A stretch of DNA of 64,000 nt from Bdellovibrionia bacterium (GCA_030424665.1 JAUHWN010000003.1:6996-70995); one strand, 5' to 3'; positions 1 through 10,146 are shown, counted from the first letter of the stretch. Notes: generated from the letters alone by a model not told the origin. Numbers and translations are program-made.

Positions 1-363
1 CTTGAAAATGCCAACGGAACGATAACGCTGGTCATTCCCTATGCGACAATCGAGCCTATTAAACAAAAGTTATCAACTGGCTTTCAGGTGGAGTCAGATC
101 AGACTGATAAAAAATTATGGACCTCAATTATCGAACAGCAAATGTTAGACACTGAGCTCGATATACAAGTTGATCTTGGGCAGACAGAAATCACTCTCCG
201 CGACTTGATGGATTTAAAGGTAGGGGATGTCATTCCTCTCGATCAGGATGCGACCGGTGAATTTGATGTTCAGGTCGAAGGTGTAAAGAAATTTAAGGGT
301 TTTTATGGAATTAATCACGGTACGGTTGCCGTGCAAGTAACCAATAAGAAAGATCGTGATTAG
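1..363 (+). CDS. fliM: Flagellar motor switch protein FliM, C-terminal part (5' end outside window)
   Basis: Frame 1 is open from base 1 with no start codon in the window. The translation LENANGTITLVIPYATIEPIK...ITLRDLMDLKVGDVIPLDQDA...GTVAVQV matches the C-terminal SpoA-type domain of FliM. It sits directly upstream of fliN. Confidence 0.8.
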   Translation, partial: LENANGTITLVIPYATIEPIKQKLSTGFQVESDQTDKKLWTSIIEQQMLDTELDIQVDLGQTEITLRDLMDLKVGDVIPLDQDATGEFDVQVEGVKKFKGFYGINHGTVAVQVTNKKDRD

Positions 364-371
364 GGGGAGTT

Positions 372-746
372 ATGGCAGAAGATAAAATTGATGACCTTTT
401 AAATAGTTTAGAGGAATCAGAAGAGGATTCAAAGCAAGCAGCTCCTGCTGAACCGGAAACGGAAGAGGCGAAGTCGGAGAAGCAAGATCGAAATCTAGAA
501 TTGATTTTGGACATTCCTCTGAAGGTAACTGTTGAACTAGGTCGGACAAAGATGGTTGTGAGTGAGCTTCTCAATCTTGGGCAGGGATCAGTGATCGAAC
601 TGAATAAGCTGGCCGGTGAACCGATGGAAGTTCTCGTCAATGACAAACTAGTTGCACGCGGCGAAGCCGTTGTTGTGAACGAAAAATTTGGTGTTCGTCT
701 AACAGACATCATTTCACCAAGAGAAAGAGTAGAACAACTCAAGTAG
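372..746 (+). CDS. fliN: Flagellar motor switch protein FliN
   Basis: 124 aa. An acidic N-terminus is followed by the SpoA domain LELILDIPLKVTVELGRTKMVVSELLNLGQGSVIELNKLAGEPMEVLVNDKLVARGEAVVVNEKFGVRL. A GGGGGAG RBS lies upstream. Confidence 0.9.
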   Translation: MAEDKIDDLLNSLEESEEDSKQAAPAEPETEEAKSEKQDRNLELILDIPLKVTVELGRTKMVVSELLNLGQGSVIELNKLAGEPMEVLVNDKLVARGEAVVVNEKFGVRLTDIISPRERVEQLK

Positions 747-754
747 GAATTGTT

Positions 755-1972
755 ATGAAGAAAACTCACTTATTACTCAGTCTAATAATGTTACTTTTAC
801 CACTTTCAGCCGTTTCTAAGGTCGTGGTGGACGATGTGAAGGTATTTCGCGAGGGAGATCGATTCGTAGTCGACCTTTTTATGAATAATCCCCCAAAGAA
901 GAGTTCTCTAGAGGTTGATTTCATTCGCGAAACAATTCAGGTAAATGTTCCTGGTGTCAAAATATCTAAAGGTAAGAATCTGACAAGAGTATCGGATAGG
1001 ACAGTGAGAAGTATCTATACCTACGAACCAAGTGGTCGAATCTTGCGGACTCGGGTAATTCTTAAGAAAGGCATAGAGGCTGCGCGCTTCTTACATTCTG
1101 TTTCTTTTGAAAGATACGCCAATAAAATCAGGGTTGTTGTCGACGGAAAGGGTGATGCTGCCCTTGCTTCGAGAACGGGAGAGGAAGTTTCTGTGATTCT
1201 TCCTGTTGAAGAAATAAAACCAGAGAAATTAATCAGTCAGGTTAAATTAAATCCAACAATTCCATCTGCTATTAAAAATACTAAGTCAATTGTAATGCCA
1301 ACTGTATTACCATCTCGGGAGACGGTGGGTTCAGCCACAATTGAAAAGTCCAGCGATGAGTTGATTGCAAGGACAAAAGAAGAGGTTAAGAAAGAGGTTG
1401 AGGGATCTGAAGAAGAGTCTGAAATCCTAATTTCAAAGACAAAAGAGGATAAAAAGACTGAGGCTGATATTCCACTTTTTAAGACGTCTAAAGCAGAGGA
1501 GACGAGCTCAGTTCAACCTTCACTACAGAAGATTCTAATTTCTCTCGCTGTTATTCTAATGAGTTTTGTGGTGGCAGCCTATGCCATTAAAAAGTGGGGC
1601 AATAAAAAGGGCATCACAAATAGCAATCGAAGCATAAAAATCATTGCTCAGCACCATCTTGGACCAAAGCGAAGTATTGCGATTATTCAGGTTGCTGGGG
1701 AGAGCCTTCTTGTGGGAATTACCGAGCAGAACATTAGCATGCTCAAAACTTTGAATCTCTTAGACGAAGATATTCCGCAAAAGAGTTTTACGGGGGCCTT
1801 ATCACAATTTGATCAAGAGAATGATGCCTTCATAAGTAGTGGTAGACCACAGCCTGCTCAGCCAGCGATTTCGGCTAAAGTAAGTAATAACGAAGATAAT
1901 TATGCTCTAACGGGCTTAAGTGAAATTAGAGATCGAATTAATACTCGCCTTCAAGGAATGAAGCAGATTTAA
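755..1972 (+). CDS. fliO: FliO-like flagellar export protein with a long N-terminal periplasmic extension
   Basis: 405 aa. Residues ~260-345 carry the FliO signature: the TM helix ILISLAVILMSFVVAAYAI followed by IKIIAQHHLGPKRSIAIIQVAGESLLVGITEQNISMLKTL. The gene occupies the canonical fliO slot between fliN and fliP. The N-terminal ~260 aa (signal peptide, beta-rich segment, K/E linker) are additional. Confidence 0.7.
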   Translation: MKKTHLLLSLIMLLLPLSAVSKVVVDDVKVFREGDRFVVDLFMNNPPKKSSLEVDFIRETIQVNVPGVKISKGKNLTRVSDRTVRSIYTYEPSGRILRTRVILKKGIEAARFLHSVSFERYANKIRVVVDGKGDAALASRTGEEVSVILPVEEIKPEKLISQVKLNPTIPSAIKNTKSIVMPTVLPSRETVGSATIEKSSDELIARTKEEVKKEVEGSEEESEILISKTKEDKKTEADIPLFKTSKAEETSSVQPSLQKILISLAVILMSFVVAAYAIKKWGNKKGITNSNRSIKIIAQHHLGPKRSIAIIQVAGESLLVGITEQNISMLKTLNLLDEDIPQKSFTGALSQFDQENDAFISSGRPQPAQPAISAKVSNNEDNYALTGLSEIRDRINTRLQGMKQI

Positions 1973-1995
1973 TTCGAATACAGAAGGATAAAACA

Positions 1996-2745
1996 ATGCC
2001 AGGATGGCTCGTTTTCATCAAAATGACATTACTCATTTTAATTGCTCCGGAATTTGCCGATGCGCAAGTGACTTTACCCGACGTTACTTTGGGTTTTAAG
2101 TCGACCGAAAACCCGGAGGAAGTCGTCAGTACAATTAAAATTATTTTAATGCTGACGGTACTGACTCTAGCACCAGCAATCCTTATCTTGATGACCTCCT
2201 TTACGCGAATCATAGTCGTCTTTTCTTTTCTACGCCAAGCACTCGGAACCCAGCAGATGCCCCCCAATCAGCTATTGGTTGGCTTATCTCTATTTTTGAC
2301 ATTTTTTATTATGGGTCCCGCATTCTCCGAAATAAATGATAAAGCCTTAAAGCCCTATTTGAGCTCGGAAATTAGTCAGTCGGCTGCCCTTGATGAGGCG
2401 GCGAAGCCCCTTCGTCAGTTCATGTTTAACCAGACGAGAGAAGAAGATCTCATGCTCTTCTTAAAGATGTCTAAAGTCGATAGCCCACGGACTCGAGCCG
2501 ATGTTCCCACAATGGTTTTAATTCCGGCATTTGTAATTTCTGAACTGAAGACCGCTTTTCAGATTGGATTCATTATTTATTTACCTTTTTTGGTGATTGA
2601 TATGGTCATAGCAAGTGTCTTGATGGCCATGGGGATGATGATGTTACCTCCAGTCGTAATATCACTTCCCTTTAAAATTATGCTTTTTGTTTTGATAGAT
2701 GGATGGAGTCTCCTTGTAGGCTCAGTCGTAAAGAGTTTTGGATAG
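1996..2745 (+). CDS. fliP: Flagellar type III export gate protein FliP
   Basis: 249 aa polytopic membrane protein. It has FliP blocks (FTRIIVVFSFLRQALGTQQMPPNQ, PAFVISELKTAFQIGFIIYLPFLVIDMVIASVLMAMGMMMLPP) and lies in operon order. Confidence 0.95.
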   Translation: MPGWLVFIKMTLLILIAPEFADAQVTLPDVTLGFKSTENPEEVVSTIKIILMLTVLTLAPAILILMTSFTRIIVVFSFLRQALGTQQMPPNQLLVGLSLFLTFFIMGPAFSEINDKALKPYLSSEISQSAALDEAAKPLRQFMFNQTREEDLMLFLKMSKVDSPRTRADVPTMVLIPAFVISELKTAFQIGFIIYLPFLVIDMVIASVLMAMGMMMLPPVVISLPFKIMLFVLIDGWSLLVGSVVKSFG

Positions 2746-2748
2746 TCT

Positions 2749-3021
2749 ATGAATACTGATTTAGTTATGACATTAGGAGCAGAGACATTAAAGACTACGG
2801 CACTGGTCGCCTCGCCGATGCTCATCGCAGCCCTTGCAATTGGTTTAATTATTAGTGTTCTTCAGGCCATCACTCAAATCAATGAGGCAACCTTAACTTT
2901 TATTCCCAAGATGTTTGTTGTTGCAGCTGTCCTTTTAGTCGCAGGAAGCTGGATGCTTGATGTATTAACGGTTTTCTCAACAGGTTTGTTTGAAAATATT
3001 GCAGATTGGGTGAGGCAGTAG
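2749..3021 (+). CDS. fliQ: Flagellar type III export gate protein FliQ
   Basis: 90 aa two-TM protein (LIISVLQAITQINEATLTFIPK motif). It lies between fliP and fliR. Confidence 0.9.
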   Translation: MNTDLVMTLGAETLKTTALVASPMLIAALAIGLIISVLQAITQINEATLTFIPKMFVVAAVLLVAGSWMLDVLTVFSTGLFENIADWVRQ

Positions 3022-3797
3022 TGAATTTGTTTAACTTCAATGAATACGAAATTATTGCGTTTTTCTTAGTACTTCTAAGAATTTCGGCATTCATTGTTAG
3101 TTGGCCAGTATTTGGTAGTGTGAATGTACCTGGACCAGTTAAAATTCTTCTCGCCCTTGTTGTCACTATTTTGATATTCCCGGTTATTGCCATTCAAGCC
3201 ACTTTGCCAGAGCTTGAGTCCTTAGAGATGATAAGTTTCGCATTAAAAGAAGTTTTTACCGGATTGGTGATGGGTTATCTCTGTCGGCTTTTCTTCTTTG
3301 TCGTGAGTATGGCTGGTAACATCATCTCTTTGACAATGGGATTATCCCAAGGGCAATTATACAATCCGGCTTTGAATGCCACCGGAAACTCAGTCGAACA
3401 GTTTTATGTAATCCTCGGAACATTATTTTTTCTCGCGATCAATGGTCACCACTACATGTTAGTGGGTCTCCAGAAGAGTTTTGAATTTATTCCTGTTGCG
3501 ACGGCTTTCGGGAAAGTTGAGATTTTCGCGAACTTTGGAATGGTAGTGAATCAGCTATTTGAGTTTGGTGTTCGCATGGCTGGTCCCGTATTAGTAACAA
3601 TTTTATTCGCTAATATTGCGATGGGTATTATTGGTCGAGCGGTACCACAAATTAATGTTTTGATTACTGCACTGCCAGCCAATATTTTGGTGGGTTTGTT
3701 AGTCTTAATAATTTCTATACCACTATTAATCGCGCAGATGGGTGAACTCGTTGAGTTAATGGCAGAGCACTTGTTTGCATTTATAAAAGAGTACTAG
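3021..3797 (+). CDS. fliR: Flagellar type III export gate protein FliR
   Basis: Polytopic membrane protein in the fliR slot. The GTG at 3021 overlaps the fliQ stop (taGTG) and has GAGG 5 nt upstream. The track's alternative TTG start is at 3006. Confidence 0.85.
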   Translation: MNLFNFNEYEIIAFFLVLLRISAFIVSWPVFGSVNVPGPVKILLALVVTILIFPVIAIQATLPELESLEMISFALKEVFTGLVMGYLCRLFFFVVSMAGNIISLTMGLSQGQLYNPALNATGNSVEQFYVILGTLFFLAINGHHYMLVGLQKSFEFIPVATAFGKVEIFANFGMVVNQLFEFGVRMAGPVLVTILFANIAMGIIGRAVPQINVLITALPANILVGLLVLIISIPLLIAQMGELVELMAEHLFAFIKEY

Positions 3798-3800
3798 GTA

Positions 3801-4871
3801 ATGGCTGAATCGGATCAACAGGAAAAGACGGAAGAGGCGACACAACAGCGTCGCGAAGACTTTCGTAAGAGAGGGCAAGTCGCTCAGACTAAAGAGCTGG
3901 CAACAGTCCTTGTGCTCTTTTCTATGGCATTTGCCTTATTTTTCTTAGGCCGATTTTTTATGTCTCAAGTTATGGAGATTTTCACATCTTCATTTGACGA
4001 CTTCTTCGTGGCCGCTTCAAAGGATGCCTCTTTGTGGCCGGCAGTTCACTATGTGAGTGCAAAAGCGCTTAACATAATAGCGCCACTGGGTCTCATGTTT
4101 ATGATCATGTCTATTATGTCCACTTTGGTGCAAGTGGGAATTTTGCAAAACGAAGAGGCCATGAAGCCAAAGCTTGAGAAGTTAGATCCTACCAAGGGTT
4201 TGAAAAGAATTTTTAGTCTTCGCTCGCTTGTTGAGGGGATTAAGGCTGTCTTTAAAGTGATCTTGGTCATAGCAGTTGTGTATCTAGTACTAGAAAAAGA
4301 GATCTTTAGGGTTCCGCAGCTTATGCATTTTACTGTTGGGCAGACATTTACTTACGTGGGTGAGCTCAGTGTCAAAATCCTCGGAGCTGTGGGGGTCTTA
4401 ATGGGTTTTCTCGCTGCCTTCGATTATTTCTTCCAGCGCTTTGAGCTTGAAAAGCAAATGCGTATGTCTAAGCAGGAAGTCAAAGAAGAAACTAAATCTA
4501 GAGAGGGTGATCCGCTTGTTAAGGCTCGAATTCGTCGTGTGCAAAGAGAAATGGCACAACGAAGAATGATGGAGGATGTACCCAAAGCCGATGTGATCAT
4601 TACAAATCCCACTCATATTGCTGTGGCTCTTCAGTACGACCCTTCTAAGTTTGCGGCCCCTCGGTTGGTAGCTGCTGGCGCAGGGGCCATTGCCCAAAAG
4701 ATTAAAGAAGTGGCTAGAGAGAACAATGTGCCTGTAGTAGAAAACAAGCCTCTAGCGCGCACGATATTTAAAACAATGAAAATTGGTGAAGTTATTCCGA
4801 GAGAGCTTTTTACAGCGGTAGCTCAGGTTCTCTCATATGTATTTAAGTTAAAGAAAAGGGTAAGAGCATAG
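3801..4871 (+). CDS. flhB: Flagellar export switch protein FlhB
   Basis: 356 aa. It has an N-terminal TM domain and a C-terminal domain with the autocleavage motif NPTH (VIITNPTHIAVAL). Confidence 0.95.
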   Translation: MAESDQQEKTEEATQQRREDFRKRGQVAQTKELATVLVLFSMAFALFFLGRFFMSQVMEIFTSSFDDFFVAASKDASLWPAVHYVSAKALNIIAPLGLMFMIMSIMSTLVQVGILQNEEAMKPKLEKLDPTKGLKRIFSLRSLVEGIKAVFKVILVIAVVYLVLEKEIFRVPQLMHFTVGQTFTYVGELSVKILGAVGVLMGFLAAFDYFFQRFELEKQMRMSKQEVKEETKSREGDPLVKARIRRVQREMAQRRMMEDVPKADVIITNPTHIAVALQYDPSKFAAPRLVAAGAGAIAQKIKEVARENNVPVVENKPLARTIFKTMKIGEVIPRELFTAVAQVLSYVFKLKKRVRA

Positions 4872-6968
4872 ATGGAACAGGTATTTTTATTTTTCAAACG
4901 ATTTGAAAAATATACGAAGAACACCGATCTTTTGATCGCAATTGGCCTCGTTTGTGTTCTTGGCGTGATGTTGGTTCCTCTACCATCTTATCTTTTGGAT
5001 ATCGCTTTAACCGGTTCACTCACACTTTCTCTACTCGTCTTGTTGGTGAGTATCTATATCAATAAGACCTTGGACTTCAGTGTCTTTCCATCTCTTTTGT
5101 TGGTGACAACACTCTTTAGACTTTCTTTGAACGTGGCCTCTACGCGTTTAATTTTATCAGAAGGGCATAGAGGAGAGGCAGCGGCCGGTGCTGTTATTTC
5201 ATCATTTGGAAACTTCGTGGTGGGGAATAACTACACCATAGGTTTTATTGTATTTGTAATCTTGGTCGTTATTAACTTTGTCGTGATTACCAAAGGTTCT
5301 GGTCGCGTCGCTGAAGTTGCTGCACGATTTACTCTCGATGCTATGCCTGGTAAGCAAATGTCGATCGATGCCGACTTAAATGCTGGGTTGATCAGTGAAG
5401 AGGATGCTAGGAACCGTCGAAAAGAAATCGAAGCAGAAGCAGACTTTTATGGATCTATGGATGGTGCCAGTAAGTTCGTTCGTGGTGACGCCATCGCCGG
5501 AATAATTATCACGGTCGTTAACCTGATTGGTGGGTTGGCAATTGGGGTGATTCAAATGGGTCTGGATGCTAGTACGGCTGCTGACTATTATACGAAATTG
5601 ACGATTGGTGATGGCCTCGTTTCGCAGATTCCAGCCCTCATTATATCAACGGCCGCTGGTATCGTTGTAACTCGATCCTCTTCGCCTAAGAATGTTGGAT
5701 CAGAGATGGCCAGTCAGCTCCTTGTCTCACCAAAAGCCGTAGCTATTGTTGCGGGAATTCTCACAGTACTCGGGTTGGTACCAGGGCTTCCGACGGCTCC
5801 TTTTATAGGAATAGCTATGGTTCTTGGGATAATCGCTTACATGCTCTTTGAGTACAAGAAAGAAGAAGTGGCTCAACAAGAGGCTGCTGAATTGACTGAC
5901 TCTGAAGAAACTCCAAAAGAAAAAATTGAAAGTCTTCTCCCGCTCGACCTCGTAGAACTGGAAGTTGGTTACGGATTGATTAATATCGTTGAGAGCGAAG
6001 AATCTGGTGACCTCCTTGAGAGAATTCTTTCTATTCGAAAGCAATTTGCAATGGACTTAGGAATCATTGTTCCCAGTATTCACATCAGGGATAATTTGCA
6101 GTTAGCTCCTGGTGACTATCAGGTTCTTATAAAAGGAAATCGTGTAGCTGGTGGGACTCTTAAGCCAGATTATATGCTAGCGATGGACCCGGGCAATGTT
6201 ATGGATCCAATCGATGGTATTCCAACAAGAGAGCCGGCTTTTGGCTTGGATGCCCTTTGGATTAACCCAACGCAAAGGGAAGAGGCCGAAATAATTGGTT
6301 ACACTGTGGTCGATTTGCCGACGGTAATGGCGACTCATATTACTGAGATTATTAGAACTCACGCTCACGAACTTCTAGGTCGACAAGAGGCTTCAAATCT
6401 CATCGATAATTTTAAGAAGTCATATCCCAAGGTTGTTGAGGAGTTGATTCCTGATCAATTGCCGTTGGGTACGGTCGTTAAGGTCATGCAGAATTTGCTA
6501 CAAGAACAAGTTTCTATCCGCGATTTATTGACGATCTTTGAAACCTTAGCCGATGAATCGACTCGTACCAAGGACTCAGAAGTGTTGACAGAAAGTGTTC
6601 GTAAGAACTTAGCTAGAAATATCACTTCTAAAGTTAAGTCCGAAGACAACGCTGTCGCTGTAATGACCTTGGCTCCTCACTTAGAAGAACTAATTAATAA
6701 CTCTCTGATTCAAACGGAACAGGGTGTGCAGTTGGTGATGGATCCGCATCAGGCCCAGGCCTTGATCGGAAATATTGCTGACACCATAGAAACGAATCCT
6801 GAGATAGCCGGGCAGCCTATTTTGTTAACCAGCCCGACTGCTAGAAGACATATTTATAAACTCGTAAACCGATTTTTGCCGCAGCTTATTGTTTTATCTC
6901 ACAATGAACTTACTGCTGACGTAAATGTCAGCTCGATCGGACAGGTGGAGATGGCCCATGCAGGTTAA
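4872..6968 (+). CDS. flhA: Flagellar export apparatus protein FlhA
   Basis: 698 aa. It contains the FHIPEP block (GRVAEVAARFTLDAMPGKQMSIDADLNAG) and a large cytoplasmic C-terminal domain. The start codon abuts the flhB stop. Confidence 0.95.
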   Translation: MEQVFLFFKRFEKYTKNTDLLIAIGLVCVLGVMLVPLPSYLLDIALTGSLTLSLLVLLVSIYINKTLDFSVFPSLLLVTTLFRLSLNVASTRLILSEGHRGEAAAGAVISSFGNFVVGNNYTIGFIVFVILVVINFVVITKGSGRVAEVAARFTLDAMPGKQMSIDADLNAGLISEEDARNRRKEIEAEADFYGSMDGASKFVRGDAIAGIIITVVNLIGGLAIGVIQMGLDASTAADYYTKLTIGDGLVSQIPALIISTAAGIVVTRSSSPKNVGSEMASQLLVSPKAVAIVAGILTVLGLVPGLPTAPFIGIAMVLGIIAYMLFEYKKEEVAQQEAAELTDSEETPKEKIESLLPLDLVELEVGYGLINIVESEESGDLLERILSIRKQFAMDLGIIVPSIHIRDNLQLAPGDYQVLIKGNRVAGGTLKPDYMLAMDPGNVMDPIDGIPTREPAFGLDALWINPTQREEAEIIGYTVVDLPTVMATHITEIIRTHAHELLGRQEASNLIDNFKKSYPKVVEELIPDQLPLGTVVKVMQNLLQEQVSIRDLLTIFETLADESTRTKDSEVLTESVRKNLARNITSKVKSEDNAVAVMTLAPHLEELINNSLIQTEQGVQLVMDPHQAQALIGNIADTIETNPEIAGQPILLTSPTARRHIYKLVNRFLPQLIVLSHNELTADVNVSSIGQVEMAHAG

Positions 6969-8457
6969 GAAGTACGAAGCCAAATCGATGCAAGATGCAC
7001 TTAAAATGATTAAAATGGAGCTCGGCCCAGAGGCCATTATCCTTCAGGCCAAGAACCTTTCAAAGGGTTTTGGTCTTATGAATCAGGGAAGTGTTGAAGT
7101 CACTGCCGCAGTTTCTGAAGGAGTATTGAAGAAAAAGCAGCTCGTTGAATCACGAATGAGAGCGGTTGATAAGGAGCGTTTTTCAGCCATTCCAGCAAGA
7201 CGGCAAAAAGAAATGATCGAAAAGGTTGTTGGTCGTTATTCAAATAACAACAATAAAAATGTTAACATTACAGCGAAACCTTATATATCGATTTCTGATG
7301 ACGAAGCGAGCGAGACGAATGGGTCCCGGGAGCAACTCATCGATGAGGTCATCAATAAGAGTCTAAAGCAGGCTAAGCAGGCAGACACTCAGGTGAATAG
7401 AGACGAGGATGCCCGCAAAAGAGTTCAGAATGCTGCCAAGACGGCACTCGATGCCGGTAAGGATCTTTTTGCGGAAGATCAAAAAGATGCGGCCCCAAAG
7501 GTGGATCAGGCCTCTCGCTCTCAAGTCAGTTCCGGTCCGTCCGATGCTGAGGTTCATCAGTTAAAACAAGAAATAGCTCGCCTTCAATCTGTGATTCAGG
7601 GCTTTCAAAAGATGCCACAGACTTTTGTGACCGCTCACCCGGGAGCTCAATATGGTATTCCTTACGAATTGAATCCCGTTTTCGAAAAGTTGAGTCAAGC
7701 CGGGGTGAGTACTGAATGTGTTGTTGAAATTATTAAAGCGGCTCAAGGTAAAATGCCAGGAGATCAGTTAGTAAAAACACCTATGGTGGATGCTTTCGCC
7801 GCTCGTTACATTCTCGATCATGTGACCACTACTGACAAACCCCTTGAAAGTAAGTTCCACTCTTTTATTGGCCCGTCGGGTGGGGGTAAAACCTCGAGCC
7901 TCGTCAAGATGGCTAGTTATTTGGTGATTAAGAAGAAAAAGAAAATTGCCATCCTTAGTTCTGACATTTTCAAAGTTGGAGCCGTCGATCAGTTAAAAAT
8001 CTACTGTAAAATTTTGAATATTCCTTGTTTTGTGATGCGACCAGGAGAGGATAATGGCGACCTGATTAACCAACTCCATGGGTTCGACCATGTATTGATT
8101 GATCACCCAGGAATGTCTATGTCGAGTATTGAAGAAATCGACTTTACAAAGGGAAGTCTGCTTCCAGGCGTCACTGACCACAAGGTTCACCTCGTATTGT
8201 CTTGTTCTTTCAAAGAGCAGGATTGTCTTGAGTTAGCTCAAAGATTCAAAGTCGCTAAGTTTAACGACATTATTTTTACGGGCCTTGATCTTTCAAGGCA
8301 GCATGGCCTGATCTATAGCGTTCAGCAGAAGACGGGCTGTCCACTTCATTCTTTTGGAACTGGATCAAGAGTTCCTGAGGATTTTGAATTTGCAACAAAA
8401 GAGAGAGTTCTCGATCTCATATTTAAGTTATCAAGTTTAAAGGGTCAAAGAGGTTAA
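6958..8457 (+). CDS. flhF: Flagellar SRP-type GTPase FlhF
   Basis: The ATG at 6958 (MQVKKYEAKSMQDALKMIKMELGPEAIIL, typical FlhF N-terminus) has GGAG 8 nt upstream and overlaps the flhA stop. The track's ORF starts at 6925. The G-domain P-loop is FIGPSGGGKTSSLVKMA, followed by DIFKVGAVDQLK. Confidence 0.85.
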   Translation: MQVKKYEAKSMQDALKMIKMELGPEAIILQAKNLSKGFGLMNQGSVEVTAAVSEGVLKKKQLVESRMRAVDKERFSAIPARRQKEMIEKVVGRYSNNNNKNVNITAKPYISISDDEASETNGSREQLIDEVINKSLKQAKQADTQVNRDEDARKRVQNAAKTALDAGKDLFAEDQKDAAPKVDQASRSQVSSGPSDAEVHQLKQEIARLQSVIQGFQKMPQTFVTAHPGAQYGIPYELNPVFEKLSQAGVSTECVVEIIKAAQGKMPGDQLVKTPMVDAFAARYILDHVTTTDKPLESKFHSFIGPSGGGKTSSLVKMASYLVIKKKKKIAILSSDIFKVGAVDQLKIYCKILNIPCFVMRPGEDNGDLINQLHGFDHVLIDHPGMSMSSIEEIDFTKGSLLPGVTDHKVHLVLSCSFKEQDCLELAQRFKVAKFNDIIFTGLDLSRQHGLIYSVQQKTGCPLHSFGTGSRVPEDFEFATKERVLDLIFKLSSLKGQRG

Positions 8458-8462
8458 GTTTT

Positions 8463-9305
8463 ATGAGTTATCAGAGTCCAAATTTATATGGCCAACACGG
8501 TTCCCACACAAAAGTTTTGAGTATTGCCTCAGGTAAAGGTGGGGTGGGGAAGACGACAATTACTTCAAATCTAGCACTCAGCCTAGCATCTCAGGGTCAC
8601 AGGGTTCTAATACTAGACGGTGATCTGGGCATGGCGAATGTAGACATAATGTTTGGAGTAAGGTCGCAGCACCACATTGGAGATATTCTTCAAGGGAGAG
8701 TGAGTGTCGAAGATGCGATTCAAAGAATCGACAAAAATATAGACCTATTGTCTGGTGGTAGTGGGCTCTACGAAATGTCAAAAATATCTACAGTAGAAAA
8801 AGCGCAACTTATAGAGCAGATAAGTGAGATTGGAACACACTATGACTATATGTTAGTCGATACGGCTCCTGGTATTAGTGACCAAGTCCTCTTCTTAAAT
8901 AGTGCTGCTCAACAAATATGTGTTGTTATTACCCCAGACCCCGCATCGATTGCTGACTCCTATGCACTAATGAAGGTGCTGAATCAGCATTATCGTGAAC
9001 AAAGATTTTCTATTATCTGCAATCAAGTATCAGATGTTGCACAAGGAAAGCGTTTGTTTTCCAAAATTAATGATATCTGTTCAAAGTTTCTGTACTTGAG
9101 TCTTGATTATTTGGGTTCAATCCCTCAAGATAAAGTTCTGAGGCAAACAACACAAACACAAAAGCTTGTAGTTAGATCCCATCCAGACGCTATCTCGACT
9201 GTCTCAATACGAGAAATTGCAAATGAATTAAGTGGTTACAATCAAATAGACAGCTGTAAAGGAAGTCTACAATTTTTCTGGCGCCAGCTCTTAGGTGTGG
9301 CATGA
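8463..9305 (+). CDS. flhG: MinD/ParA-type ATPase FlhG (FleN/YlxH), flagellar number regulator
   Basis: 280 aa. It has the deviant Walker A motif SGKGGVGKTTITSNLA and sits between flhF and fliA. Confidence 0.85.
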   Translation: MSYQSPNLYGQHGSHTKVLSIASGKGGVGKTTITSNLALSLASQGHRVLILDGDLGMANVDIMFGVRSQHHIGDILQGRVSVEDAIQRIDKNIDLLSGGSGLYEMSKISTVEKAQLIEQISEIGTHYDYMLVDTAPGISDQVLFLNSAAQQICVVITPDPASIADSYALMKVLNQHYREQRFSIICNQVSDVAQGKRLFSKINDICSKFLYLSLDYLGSIPQDKVLRQTTQTQKLVVRSHPDAISTVSIREIANELSGYNQIDSCKGSLQFFWRQLLGVA

Positions 9306-9366
9306 AAAGATTTGGACTTTTGAGAACTCGTTCTGTTTGATACCTTTAAGTTATAAGGAAGGTAGA

Positions 9367-10146
9367 ATGTCCTCAAGCTTACTTAAAAAATATAAAGAAG
9401 AGCCTAGTAAGTTAACTCCTCAACAAAAAGATAAGTTGATTATGGAGTATGCGCCGCTCATTAAGTTTATCGCTCAGAAGATAGCCGTGAGACTACCTTC
9501 AAATATCGAGCTCGATGACCTTATTTCAAGTGGAGTAATAGGCCTAATGGATGCCATCGAGAAATACGATCCGACACGCGATAATAAGTTTAAGACTTAC
9601 GCAGAATTTCGTATTCGTGGTTCGATTCTCGATGAACTCAGAGCTCAAGATTGGGTACCCCGTTCGGTTCGAGATAAAGCAAAGCTCTTAGATCGAACAA
9701 TTGGGGAGCTAGAGACTGAACTTGGACGTTCGCCTGAGGACGAAGAAGTGGCTGCGAAACTTAGTATGACCATGGACGAGTTCTACGATCTCGTTAATCA
9801 GGTTCGGCCGGTGAGTGTCCTCTCAATAGATGAGCAGGCTACTTTTAGTAATGTCGATAAGAAGTCTATTTTAAGCATCCTAGAGGGTGCTAAATTAAAT
9901 AATCCATTTAATCAGTTGAACTCTAAGTCAGTAAAAGAAGTCGTCACTCGAGCCATCGAGGAGCTTCCTGAGAGACAAAGACTGGTTCTTTCTCTTTACT
10001 ACTATGAGGACTTAAACTTGAAAGAAATCGGTAAGGTCCTTCGCGTGACAGAAAGTCGAGTTTCTCAACTTCACGCTCAAGCTGTTGCAAGACTTAGAGC
10101 TAAGTTGCAGATCGTTTTCGGCGAACAAGAAATGGAAGCTTCTTAA
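9367..10146 (+). CDS. fliA: Flagellar sigma factor FliA (sigma-28)
   Basis: The ATG at 9367 follows AAGGAAGG. The track's ORF starts at 9295. Sigma-70 regions 2, 3 and 4 are present (DLISSGVIGLMDAIEKYDP..., LNLKEIGKVLRVTESRVSQLHAQAV). It is the last gene of the flagellar operon. Confidence 0.9.
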   Translation: MSSSLLKKYKEEPSKLTPQQKDKLIMEYAPLIKFIAQKIAVRLPSNIELDDLISSGVIGLMDAIEKYDPTRDNKFKTYAEFRIRGSILDELRAQDWVPRSVRDKAKLLDRTIGELETELGRSPEDEEVAAKLSMTMDEFYDLVNQVRPVSVLSIDEQATFSNVDKKSILSILEGAKLNNPFNQLNSKSVKEVVTRAIEELPERQRLVLSLYYYEDLNLKEIGKVLRVTESRVSQLHAQAVARLRAKLQIVFGEQEMEAS

